This document shows positions 39,601 to 47,991 of a DNA stretch of 64,000 nucleotides, piece after piece. Below the pieces are notes generated by a model, which saw only the letters and a list, made by a program, of their open reading frames with translations, was not told the DNA's origin and made no database searches. The number at the start of each line of letters is the position of its first letter. Position 1 is the first letter of the stretch. The DNA is from an uncultured Flavobacteriales bacterium (lineage in GTDB: Bacteria; Bacteroidota; Bacteroidia; Flavobacteriales_E; Vicingaceae). The stretch lies in the NCBI GenBank assembly GCA_964001305.1, contig CAXFAI010000008.1, forward strand, positions 11,609 to 75,608, in the 5' to 3' direction. The position numbers and the translations under genes were made by a program.

Positions 39601-39856
39601 CAAGAAATTTCTCTAATTCAGGAATTCGTTTATTGGCATAGTGTGCAGTATGAACGGCTAAGGTTTTACCACCGGTATAAAAGTAAGTTTCAAACTCTTT
39701 GAATCGATAAAATTGCCATTCAAAATCATCGTATTGAACTCGATTTTTGCCAAAAGTAGTTTGAGTGCCATTGTAAAATTGAGCCAAACTATCGGTGCTC
39801 AATAGACAAAAGATGGCTAAAGTCAAGATTGTCCGTATATTAACTAATCTGCTCAA
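36665..39856 (-). CDS. Outer-membrane protein: N-terminal domain of unknown function, PD40/TolB-like propeller repeats and a C-terminal Omp85 (D15) barrel
   Basis: TTG start with signal peptide ...LLSTDSLAQ. PD40 signatures DYSPNGKELVFSAISKGQSDLYLYN and YPAFSPDGSSIYFSSDRNND. Barrel signatures GFGDVGTAWVG and GGVGFGLRTTLLGYFVRADWGWG. Confidence 0.7.
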   Translation of the reverse strand: MSRLVNIRTILTLAIFCLLSTDSLAQFYNGTQTTFGKNRVQYDDFEWQFYRFKEFETYFYTGGKTLAVHTAHYANKRIPELEKFLDFYLEDRIQFIIYNKQSHFRQSNIGLNTNPNYNIGGLSRIVGSKVFIYFEGDYEKLEKQIDAGIQRVLIYQMIFGGNWREVLRNSALLSLPEWYIEGLISYLSYPDDPYLNSRIKDGILNEDFKKFNTLSNEEAKIAGHAIWQYISEVYGKKVISNILYMTRVSREVEDGFLYVIGVPFDELYEDWLSYYQEKYEDKNSTQLEAITNADFKVKKRRLYQNYIESPNQQYHLYTENQLGKYRIYLYNKSEDNRKLIYKAEHKLDRIQDYSYPLIGFHPSGEMINFITESKGDVLLFTYQIKEKKLAVKPILKLEKVLSFDYSPNGKELVFSAISKGQSDLYLYNMLGNTQKNLTSDVYSDLYPAFSPDGSSIYFSSDRNNDSLGIENPTYDRFNHEKDIFEYRFNEEEAIREVTNSPFENESQAVYSDKLYYLKNKDGFNERYYTLYDSSISSIDTTINYKYYYEHFSNNNSNNILKQASSNTENINQIIYSDGKFQLQQSANQFDFTASEDNLEDNRIDPSFKEEEKIVRFKSFEKALPSNAEVDPDEYTFSFEEGLARKTIVSNTEEPEVEELKFPTQRLYRLNFSPDNSVLQLNNMFLTSQYQVFNGGPYTNPGVGVNTNIGIVDLMENHKVYGSFRYSGDLIEYGLNYQNLEKRLDKEYSFSRRRLRTTDTPFPFDTKTLQASVSLIWPFNEVSSIRGVVQARNDKLIPLSSDRFNLQRDISNEYWASTKVAYVFDNTRDIALNIRYGTRYKIFAEQYQLAYTEVENAEKNQNLTVLGFDFRHYQKIHRELIGVFRFAGSKSLGNNPLIYYLGGVDEWWKSDIYDESTPIDFSQNYGFQALAANMRGFLQNVRNGNNFAVINTEIRFPVFTYFIKRPIQSDLIRNFQIVGFGDVGTAWVGDSPFADDNPINNESRTQGPITVTYENINDPIVGGVGFGLRTTLLGYFVRADWGWGIENGYVSDKPLFMFSLSLDI

Positions 39857-39924
39857 AAGAAGCTTAAAATTAAAGATTTTATCGGCATTAGCTTACTTTT
39901 ATAAGCTAGCTAAAAATGGTTTAT

Positions 39925-40557
39925 ATGAAGGTTAAAAAGTTTACATTCAATCCTTTTCAAGAAAACACATATGTATTGTATGATGATTCGAAAGAAGCAG
40001 TAATTATTGATCCGGGTTGCTATGATAAAAGTGAAGAAACTGACTTAGTTAACTTCGTTGAAAATGAGGAGTTAAAGCCTGTTCAGTTGCTCAATACCCA
40101 TGCACATATTGATCATGTTTTTGGAAATGAATTTGTCTCTAAAAAGTACAATTTAAAATTGGCCTTGCATCCAAAAGACCATCAAACGTTATCTCAAGCA
40201 CTGATGGCTAGTAAAACGTATGGCTTGAATTATACACCATCGCCAATGCCGGAAATTGATTTAAAAGAGGGAGATAAAATTCAATTTGGACAAACTACAT
40301 TAGATATCATTTTTGTACCAGGTCATGCACCTGGGCATGTGGTTTTTTTGAATAAAGATTTGAATGTTTTAATTGGGGGAGATGTGCTTTTTAGAGGCAG
40401 TATTGGAAGAACAGATTTGCCTGGCGGAAATCATGAAGACCTATTGAAAAATATCCAAGAAAAACTATTTGTTTTAAATCCATCAACCCAAGTTTATTCT
40501 GGACATGGGCCTGAAACTACCATTGGATATGAAATAGATCATAATCCGTTTTTCTAA
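39925..40557 (+). CDS. MBL-fold metallo-hydrolase (glyoxalase II-like)
   Basis: LLNTHAHIDHV (HxHxDH), PGHAPGH, and the GDVLFRGSIGRTDLPGG pattern. The start could also be 39916. Confidence 0.88.
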   Translation: MKVKKFTFNPFQENTYVLYDDSKEAVIIDPGCYDKSEETDLVNFVENEELKPVQLLNTHAHIDHVFGNEFVSKKYNLKLALHPKDHQTLSQALMASKTYGLNYTPSPMPEIDLKEGDKIQFGQTTLDIIFVPGHAPGHVVFLNKDLNVLIGGDVLFRGSIGRTDLPGGNHEDLLKNIQEKLFVLNPSTQVYSGHGPETTIGYEIDHNPFF

Positions 40558-40559
40558 CA

Positions 40560-41351
40560 TTACTGCGGAATTCCGTTATAAGTTGGTGCATTGCAGTTCA
40601 TCAGGTTTTTTCTTAAAAACATAAATTTTAAGTTGAAAATTATAGGCTGATGTAAATTGCTAAATGCCGGAAATCGAGACTCTAAACCATCAAAAAGGTA
40701 AAGGTTTAAAAAAGGAATTTCAACTGATGGAACAAATAAAACAAGCTCAGTTAAGCGTATTCCTAAACCAAATTGCAAATGAGCTTTTGCAGATATATCT
40801 TTTGGAAATTCTTCAAAAGAGTATGGGTAAGCGGTTTCTCTTTTAACTTGATTCGAAAAAAGATAATTGGCTTGAACGCCTATAGCAGAATGTAAAAAGG
40901 TATACTTTCCTAATTGATCAGCTCGGGCTGCTCTAAAAGTTGCAATTATATGTTGATGTGTAAAGGTGTTTTCTGACTGATAGCTATTTCTAAGCGTATC
41001 ACTAATAAATAATTGTCCAGCATGGTTGGCGCTTCCAGAGTATTGACGGAAAGCCAATCCTCCTTCGATGTAATGGAAGAAAATGGGTCTTTCAAAAGAT
41101 TGAAAAAGACCTAATTCTATGCCAAATCCCAAATCACCTTCTGCTGAAGATTGATAAGAATAAACACTATCTTGATTCGAGTAGCTTTCAGAAGTGTTGT
41201 CCCAACTTAAATTATAATTTAAAGAAGGGGTAAAATAAAACCCGTTGGAATAGTAATTTCTATTCAGTGGAAAAATATCCTCAGGCAATTGGGCTTGTAT
41301 GGAAGTAAGACTACCAATGAAAATCAAAATTGTGAAAAGGAGGCCTTTCAT
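40560..41351 (-). CDS. Hypothetical outer-membrane beta-barrel-like protein
   Basis: The ATG at 41351 gives MKGLLFTILIFIGSLTSIQAQ (signal peptide). Strand-like, aromatic-rich sequence. Lies 12 nt downstream of the kmo stop. Confidence 0.55.
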   Translation of the reverse strand: MKGLLFTILIFIGSLTSIQAQLPEDIFPLNRNYYSNGFYFTPSLNYNLSWDNTSESYSNQDSVYSYQSSAEGDLGFGIELGLFQSFERPIFFHYIEGGLAFRQYSGSANHAGQLFISDTLRNSYQSENTFTHQHIIATFRAARADQLGKYTFLHSAIGVQANYLFSNQVKRETAYPYSFEEFPKDISAKAHLQFGLGIRLTELVLFVPSVEIPFLNLYLFDGLESRFPAFSNLHQPIIFNLKFMFLRKNLMNCNAPTYNGIPQ

Positions 41352-41363
41352 GAATAGCAAACG

Positions 41364-42698
41364 TTAAAGTGACGCAAGTATTTCTTTTTCTACCTCATCT
41401 GAATCCCATGAGTTTTCTATGTTGCTTTTAGCCATTATATTATCCATTATTTTTTGTTGTCTTTTGCCTGCCTCAAGAGCTTCAGAATATGGAATGTGTG
41501 TAAATGTTACTTGAGAGTATAAGGGTATCCATTTATCAGGGTGTTTGCTAAAAATTTTCTTCTCAATTTTCTTTTGAAGTAGAAATTTTTCGTCTGCAAC
41601 TTTGTCCCTCATCTCAACAAAATTCTGAATAGCTAATTCTGCAATAGCATCACCATCGGCTTTTCTTTTATTGGAGAATTCATGAAATGTGTTTAGCCAA
41701 TTTGAATGATTTGCTTCAAAAATTTCGTCAAATACGGTGCAGTCTTCAAAGCCCGAATTCATACCTTGACCATAAAATGGAACAATGGCATGAGCAGAGT
41801 CGCCCATCAACAATACTTTGTCCTGGTAATTCCATGGCGAACATTTAATAGTAACCAATGAAGAAGTAGGGTTTTCAAAGTATTCTTCAACCAAGTTGGG
41901 CATTAATTCCAGAGCGTCGGGAAATGTTTTTTGGAAAAATTCTTGGACATCAGATTCAGATTTCAAACTTTCAAATGAAGTTTCTCCTTCAAATGGGAAA
42001 AATAGGGTACAAGTAAAACTGCCATCTTCATTGGCTAAAGCGATGAGCATAAACTCACCTCTTGGCCAAATATGTAAAGCATTTTTTTCAATTTGGTGAC
42101 TGCCATCTTTATTTGCGGGAATACTAAGTTCCTTGTAGCCATGAGGCAGATACATTTGCTCATAGTTAAATCGGTCGGTTTTTTGAAGTCTTTGTCTTAC
42201 TGCAGAAAAAGCACCATCAGTAGCAAAAATTCGATCATATTGTTTTTCTGTTTTTTTATTGTTTGTGGTGTCTAAAAAGTGAATGATGTTTTGTTCTAAA
42301 TCAACTTCTTCACATTTCATATTGAAGTATAAATTGACATAGTCAAACTTATCGGCACAATCCATTAATTTGCAATTCAGGCCACCTCGGCTTACCGAAT
42401 AGATTGCCTCTCCTTCCTTACCATATGGTTGATGAGTTGTATTGCCTTCCACATCGTGCATGATCCTTCCATACATGGGTATAGAAATGGCTTCAATTTC
42501 TTGGTCAATGCCAACGGCCTTAAGCGCTTTCCAGCCTCTGTTTGAAAGGGCAAGGTTTATTGATTTTCCGGCAGACATAGTATGCTTACGCATATCATCT
42601 CTTCTTTCGTAAACATCAACTTGATATCCTTTTTTAGCCAAAAAAATGGCTTGTAAAGAGCCTATAAGTCCTGCGCCTACAATCGCAATCTTTTCCAT
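41364..42698 (-). CDS. kmo: Kynurenine 3-monooxygenase (FAD-dependent)
   Basis: KIAIVGAGLIGSLQAIFLAKKGYQVDVYERR dinucleotide fold, LLMGDSAHAIVPFYGQGMN motif. 444 aa. Confidence 0.88.
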   Translation of the reverse strand: MEKIAIVGAGLIGSLQAIFLAKKGYQVDVYERRDDMRKHTMSAGKSINLALSNRGWKALKAVGIDQEIEAISIPMYGRIMHDVEGNTTHQPYGKEGEAIYSVSRGGLNCKLMDCADKFDYVNLYFNMKCEEVDLEQNIIHFLDTTNNKKTEKQYDRIFATDGAFSAVRQRLQKTDRFNYEQMYLPHGYKELSIPANKDGSHQIEKNALHIWPRGEFMLIALANEDGSFTCTLFFPFEGETSFESLKSESDVQEFFQKTFPDALELMPNLVEEYFENPTSSLVTIKCSPWNYQDKVLLMGDSAHAIVPFYGQGMNSGFEDCTVFDEIFEANHSNWLNTFHEFSNKRKADGDAIAELAIQNFVEMRDKVADEKFLLQKKIEKKIFSKHPDKWIPLYSQVTFTHIPYSEALEAGKRQQKIMDNIMAKSNIENSWDSDEVEKEILASL

Positions 42699-42700
42699 AA

Positions 42701-43969
42701 TTAATTGTTTAGTGCTTTTTCAATGAGTTGGCCTAATTGATAAACGTCCTCAAATGAGTTGTATAAAGGAACCGGAGCTAAACGGATTACATTGGGTTCT
42801 CTCCAATCTGCAACTAAACCGTTTTCCGACAAATAATTAAACAATTCTTTACCGCTTCCATGTGTTAAAATGCTTAATTGAGATCCTCTTTCATTAGGAG
42901 TAATAATTTCAAATTCTACATTTTCATGTTTATCACTTAAGTCAGATAGTATAAAATTTAAATAAGCGGTCAGTTCTTTTTGCTTTTTAATCAAGCGTTC
43001 CTGTCCTGCTTCTAAGTATATATCTAAAGACGCATTTTGAACCGCCATGGCTAAAACTGGGGCATTACTTAATTGCCAACCATCTGCACCATAATCGGCC
43101 TTAAAGCCTTTTTTCATTAAAAAACGATCTTCAGGAGGTGTGCCCCACCAACCTGCAAACCGAGGTAAATTGTCGTCCTCCGCATGCTTTTCATGAACAA
43201 AGATTCCAGCTGTACTTCCAGGCCCTGAATTTAAATATTTGTAAGAGCACCAAGCCGCAAAATCAACCCCCCAATTGTGTAATTGCATTTTTACATTTCC
43301 TGCAGCATGTGCACAATCAAAACCAACAATAATTCCTTTGTCATTTGCCATCCTTGCAATGCTTTCCATTGGCATTACTTGTCCGGTATAATAATTTACC
43401 CCTCCAATCATAATCAAAGCTAACTCATCGGCATGATCTTCAATTGTTTTCAGAATGTCTTCCTCTCTTAAATGGTGTTCTCCATCTCTTGGGAATAGTT
43501 CTATTAAATTCTCTTCTACATCTAAACCATGAAATTTCAACTGACTTTCTAAAGCATATTGATCTGAAGGAAAGGCCTTTCCTTCGCATAATATTTTTGT
43601 CTTTTTACCACTTGGTCTAAAAAATGAAACCATTAATAAATGGAGGTTAGATGTTAAGCCACCCATGGCTGTTACTTCTTCTGCTTTAGCTCCAACAACT
43701 TGGGCAAGTTTTGGTTTAAACATTTCATGATAAGAAAACCACGGATTTTTAGCCTCAAAATGTCCATCTACCCCAAAATTTCCCCAATCGTTCAGTTCCT
43801 GTTCTAAGGCTTCTTTAGCATTTTGAGGCTGAAGCCCAAGCGAGTTTCCTGTAAAATAAAGTTTATTCTTTCCTTGGTGTTGAGGAAAAATAAAGCGATT
43901 TCTAAATGACGCTAATTCATCATTTTTATCTGCTTCTATTGCAAACTCTAAAGAATTTTCAAATTGCAT
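42701..43969 (-). CDS. kynU: Kynureninase (PLP-dependent)
   Basis: 422 aa with LYFTGNSLGLQP and DFAAWCSYKYLNSGPG (PLP-lysine region), typical of kynureninase. Its stop is 2 nt from the kmo start. Confidence 0.88.
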   Translation of the reverse strand: MQFENSLEFAIEADKNDELASFRNRFIFPQHQGKNKLYFTGNSLGLQPQNAKEALEQELNDWGNFGVDGHFEAKNPWFSYHEMFKPKLAQVVGAKAEEVTAMGGLTSNLHLLMVSFFRPSGKKTKILCEGKAFPSDQYALESQLKFHGLDVEENLIELFPRDGEHHLREEDILKTIEDHADELALIMIGGVNYYTGQVMPMESIARMANDKGIIVGFDCAHAAGNVKMQLHNWGVDFAAWCSYKYLNSGPGSTAGIFVHEKHAEDDNLPRFAGWWGTPPEDRFLMKKGFKADYGADGWQLSNAPVLAMAVQNASLDIYLEAGQERLIKKQKELTAYLNFILSDLSDKHENVEFEIITPNERGSQLSILTHGSGKELFNYLSENGLVADWREPNVIRLAPVPLYNSFEDVYQLGQLIEKALNN

Positions 43970-44027
43970 AATCTATTTTTTCAAAGTGTGCCAAAGATAC
44001 AATCATCCTGAACGAATGGCAACGAAC

Positions 44028-44885
44028 TTAAAGGGAGATGATAAAATAGATTGTAAAGGGTAAAATTAAAGTTGACTCTAGAATAAGGGAATAAAACAAA
44101 TGGGGTCTTTTCTCATTAACTTGATTGCAGATTAGTGCACTAATAATTAATGAAGAAGCAAAGCTCAAGAATGCTAAAAATGAAATAAAGTCCGTAATAA
44201 AAAGAAAAGTTTGAATTGCAAAAGCAAGTCCAAAAGCAACAAAAGAAAGTTTAAGAGTATTAGAAGTTCCTATGGTTTGAGGTATGGTTTTTAAATTAAA
44301 TTCATGATCATAATTCATATCGCGAATATCAAAAGGCAAACTTTCACCAAAAACGAAACAAGCTATACTTAAAGCGTATAAATGAATCTGCCAAGTTAAA
44401 TGAAGATTGCTGTTGAATATACTTGGTAAAAAAACGGTAGCTCCTCCCCAAACAAAACCTACGATAAAAACCTTCAGAAATGGTAGGCTTCTTAAATTGG
44501 GAATTGAACCCAAGTTTTTGACATAAAAGAATGAGAGAGCTCCAAAAAGTATTAAGAACCATATAGAGTTGAGGTTTATGTAAAAAATAAAGTAGCAACT
44601 AACTAAAGCGCTGATCATTAGTATTGCAGATACAAATCGAGCGTTTTTTCGAAGCCATTGATCTTGTTGGTTGTAGTTAATAGACTTTTTAGGTGTGGCA
44701 ATTTTTCGTTGAAGGTTGTATGCGAAAAGTGTGCAAAAAAATATAAAAGTTACATGGCTTAGCTCTATCTTATAAAAGAGTATTTGAGAACTAAAAGCAC
44801 ATAAAGAAGCAGCTCCGGCAGAGACCAGCACGCTTGAGTATGATATTGACCTTGCAAGAGAAAGGAATGAAAATTTTGAATGCAT
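44028..44885 (-). CDS. Polytopic membrane protein, UbiA-prenyltransferase-like with a degenerate first Asp-rich motif
   Basis: About 8-9 hydrophobic helices. FDIRDMNYDHEFNLKTIP resembles the second UbiA/MenA motif (RDxxxD...KT). The position of the first motif reads YNLQRKI, with no Asp. Confidence 0.4.
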   Translation of the reverse strand: MHSKFSFLSLARSISYSSVLVSAGAASLCAFSSQILFYKIELSHVTFIFFCTLFAYNLQRKIATPKKSINYNQQDQWLRKNARFVSAILMISALVSCYFIFYINLNSIWFLILFGALSFFYVKNLGSIPNLRSLPFLKVFIVGFVWGGATVFLPSIFNSNLHLTWQIHLYALSIACFVFGESLPFDIRDMNYDHEFNLKTIPQTIGTSNTLKLSFVAFGLAFAIQTFLFITDFISFLAFLSFASSLIISALICNQVNEKRPHLFYSLILESTLILPFTIYFIISL

Positions 44886-45013
44886 TAATTGCTTGTCGAA
44901 AGAGTTTTGTTATCGTTTAAAAACTAAAATTCTGAAACGATGTTCTGCTGATTGAATTTACTTTCAAAATAAAGACTTTAAATATATTTGCGGCCCAATT
45001 TAATAGCGATTTT

Positions 45014-47893
45014 ATGACATCAGCACCATTTAGTTCAAGGCACATTGGCTTATCTCAAGAAGAGATTCAAAAAATGCTTAAGGCAATAGGAGTTTCAAGT
45101 ATTGAAGAATTAATAGATCAAACCGTACCTCAAGGAATTCGTTTAGATGAAAAGCTAAATTTAAGTGAACCTATGAGTGAGTATCAATACATGAATCACT
45201 TAAAGGAAATTGCATCAAAGAATAAAGTTTACAAAAGCTATATCGGACTTGGTTATTACAACACTAAGGTTCCTGCTGTCATTCAACGAAATATTTTAGA
45301 AAATCCAGGTTGGTATACTGCTTATACACCTTACCAGGCAGAAATAGCACAAGGTCGTTTAGAGGCATTGTTAAATTTTCAAACCATGGTTACCGATTTG
45401 ACTGCCATGGAAATTGCAAATGCATCATTGTTAGATGAGCCCACAGCTGCAGCAGAAGCAATGACTTTAATGTATGCAGTTCGAGATCGTTCATTGAAGA
45501 AAGAAAACGTGAATAGCTTATTTGTTGCAGAAGATGTTTACCCACAAACTAAAGCTCTTCTAGAAACAAGAAGTGAACCGCTAGGGATTGAAATTATCTA
45601 TGGTAATCCAAATGAATTTGATTTTGAAACTACAAAAGTGTTTGGGGCCATTTTACAATATCCAAATGTTGATGGAGAAGTAATTAATTATAAGGATTTT
45701 GTAAGCAATGCACACAAATCTAATGCTTTGGTTGCGTTTGGTGCCGACTTACTAAGTCTTGCTCTTTTAACACCACCCGGAGAATGGGATGCTGATATTG
45801 TATTTGGAACAACTCAAAGATTTGGAATTCCGATGGGATTTGGCGGGCCGCATGCTGCATTTTTTGCTACCAAAGAAGCTTTCAAAAGAAATATACCAGG
45901 TAGAATTATTGGTTTGTCGGTTGATAAAGACGGTCATTCTGCGCTCAGAATGGCACTACAAACCAGAGAACAACATATTAAACGAGATAGAGCTACTTCA
46001 AACATTTGTACTGCTCAAGTTTTATTGGCTGTAATGGCCGGAATGTATTGCGTGTATCACGGAAAAAATGGTATTTCTAAAATTGCAAAAGGCACGCATT
46101 ACTATACAACTCACTTAGCAAATCAGCTTGCTTTGCAAGGTTATGAAGTGGTGTCTAAAAACTACTTTGATACCATCAAGGTAAATGTTGGAACACATCA
46201 GGCAGAGCAGTTCATGTCGCATTTATTGGCATATAAAATAAATGTTAGAAAAATTGATGATAGCCATGTTGGTATCAGCATGAATGAATCTGTAGAGTTG
46301 CATGAACTAAATACGCTAGTTGAGGCATGCGCTAAATTTAAATCAGCAGAATTTGAACCGGTAACAAAAGTTCAAACTTCAAGTCCTTTAGCAAGTGAAT
46401 TGAACAGAAGTTCCTCTTACTTAGATCATCCAGTTTTTAATACATATCATTCAGAAACTGACTTGATGAGGTACATAAAAAGACTTGAGAATAAAGACTT
46501 TTCTCTAACTCATGGCATGATTCCACTTGGCTCATGTACGATGAAGTTAAATGCTGCTTCGGAATTAATGGCGTTAACATGGCCCGAGTTTGCAAATATT
46601 CACCCTTTTGCGCCTCAGGATCAAACTATAGGATATCTACAGTTATTACAAGAACTGGAAAGAGACCTTTCGGAAATTACAGGCTTTTATGCTACTTCGC
46701 TTCAGCCAAACTCTGGTGCTCAAGGGGAGTATGCTGGCTTAATGGTTATTCGAGCATACCATCAAAGTAGAGGAGATTTTAATCGAAATATAGCTTTAAT
46801 ACCTTCTTCTGCGCATGGAACAAATCCAGCAAGTGCGGTTATGGCTGGTATGCAAGTGGTTGTTGTAAAATGCGATGATCAGGGCAATATTGATGTAGAA
46901 GACTTAAAAGCAAAGGCCGAAAAACATTCGGAGAATCTTTCTTCATTAATGATAACCTATCCTTCAACACATGGCGTATATGAGGAAAATGTCAAAGAAA
47001 TTACAGCTATTATTCATCAACATGGAGGTCAGGTATACATGGATGGCGCAAATATGAATGCCCAAGTAGGATTAACTAATCCTGCTAGAATAGGCGCGGA
47101 TGTTTGCCATTTAAATTTGCATAAAACATTTGCTATACCTCATGGAGGTGGTGGCCCGGGAATGGGTCCTATTGGGGTTGCTGAACATTTAGCACCATTT
47201 CTTCCTGGAAATCCTATTGTTCCAACAGGAGGAGAAAAAGCGATACAAGCTATTTCTGCAGCTCCATATGGATCAGCATTAGTCTTGTTAATTTCTTATG
47301 GATACATTAAAATGCTGGGTGAGAATGGTTTAACCAACTCAACTAAAGCAGCTATTTTAAGTGCAAACTATCTAAAGTGTCAGTTAGAAAAAGACTATAC
47401 AGTATTGTACAAAGGAAAAAACAATACTGTGGCACACGAGATGATTTTAGATTGTAGAGACTTTAAGAAATTTGGAGTTGAAGTTGTTGATATTGCTAAA
47501 CGACTTATTGATTATGGATTTCATGCTCCTACTGTTTCATTTCCTGTAAATGGAACTTTAATGATTGAGCCAACAGAAAGTGAAAGCTTAAAAGAATTAG
47601 ACCGATTTGTGGAAGCTATGCAACACATCAGAAAAGAGGTAATGCAAATAGAGAATAAAGAAGTTGACATTGAAAACAATGTGCTAAAAAATGCGCCTCA
47701 CACTGAAAACTTATGCGTTGCAGATGATTGGAGTTTTGCTTATTCAAGGACAAAAGCCGCTTATCCAGTTGAAAGTCTAAAATCTAATAAATTTTGGCCT
47801 TCTGTTAGAAGGGTAGACGATGCTTATGGAGATAGGAACTTAATTTGTAGCTGTCCGCCTATCAGTGAATATGAAAGCTCAGACCTCGGATAA
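45014..47893 (+). CDS. gcvP: Glycine dehydrogenase (decarboxylating), glycine cleavage P protein, single-chain form
   Basis: 959 aa with [23 protein letters not shown] and [18 protein letters not shown] (PLP-lysine). Confidence 0.97.
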   Translation: MTSAPFSSRHIGLSQEEIQKMLKAIGVSSIEELIDQTVPQGIRLDEKLNLSEPMSEYQYMNHLKEIASKNKVYKSYIGLGYYNTKVPAVIQRNILENPGWYTAYTPYQAEIAQGRLEALLNFQTMVTDLTAMEIANASLLDEPTAAAEAMTLMYAVRDRSLKKENVNSLFVAEDVYPQTKALLETRSEPLGIEIIYGNPNEFDFETTKVFGAILQYPNVDGEVINYKDFVSNAHKSNALVAFGADLLSLALLTPPGEWDADIVFGTTQRFGIPMGFGGPHAAFFATKEAFKRNIPGRIIGLSVDKDGHSALRMALQTREQHIKRDRATSNICTAQVLLAVMAGMYCVYHGKNGISKIAKGTHYYTTHLANQLALQGYEVVSKNYFDTIKVNVGTHQAEQFMSHLLAYKINVRKIDDSHVGISMNESVELHELNTLVEACAKFKSAEFEPVTKVQTSSPLASELNRSSSYLDHPVFNTYHSETDLMRYIKRLENKDFSLTHGMIPLGSCTMKLNAASELMALTWPEFANIHPFAPQDQTIGYLQLLQELERDLSEITGFYATSLQPNSGAQGEYAGLMVIRAYHQSRGDFNRNIALIPSSAHGTNPASAVMAGMQVVVVKCDDQGNIDVEDLKAKAEKHSENLSSLMITYPSTHGVYEENVKEITAIIHQHGGQVYMDGANMNAQVGLTNPARIGADVCHLNLHKTFAIPHGGGGPGMGPIGVAEHLAPFLPGNPIVPTGGEKAIQAISAAPYGSALVLLISYGYIKMLGENGLTNSTKAAILSANYLKCQLEKDYTVLYKGKNNTVAHEMILDCRDFKKFGVEVVDIAKRLIDYGFHAPTVSFPVNGTLMIEPTESESLKELDRFVEAMQHIRKEVMQIENKEVDIENNVLKNAPHTENLCVADDWSFAYSRTKAAYPVESLKSNKFWPSVRRVDDAYGDRNLICSCPPISEYESSDLG

Positions 47894-47991
47894 ACCGTTT
47901 ATCTAGATATTTTTTATGTTAATCATTTATTTAATGTGAATAAATGGTTATCTTTAGCAATTGAATTAAAAATTGTTTAACTAAAACTAAT

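Noticed and set aside
47924-47946. An AT-only 8-bp inverted repeat (CATTTATT / AATAAATG) after gcvP, considered as a terminator.
   Set aside because: The stem is weak with no G-C pairs, and no T-run follows.
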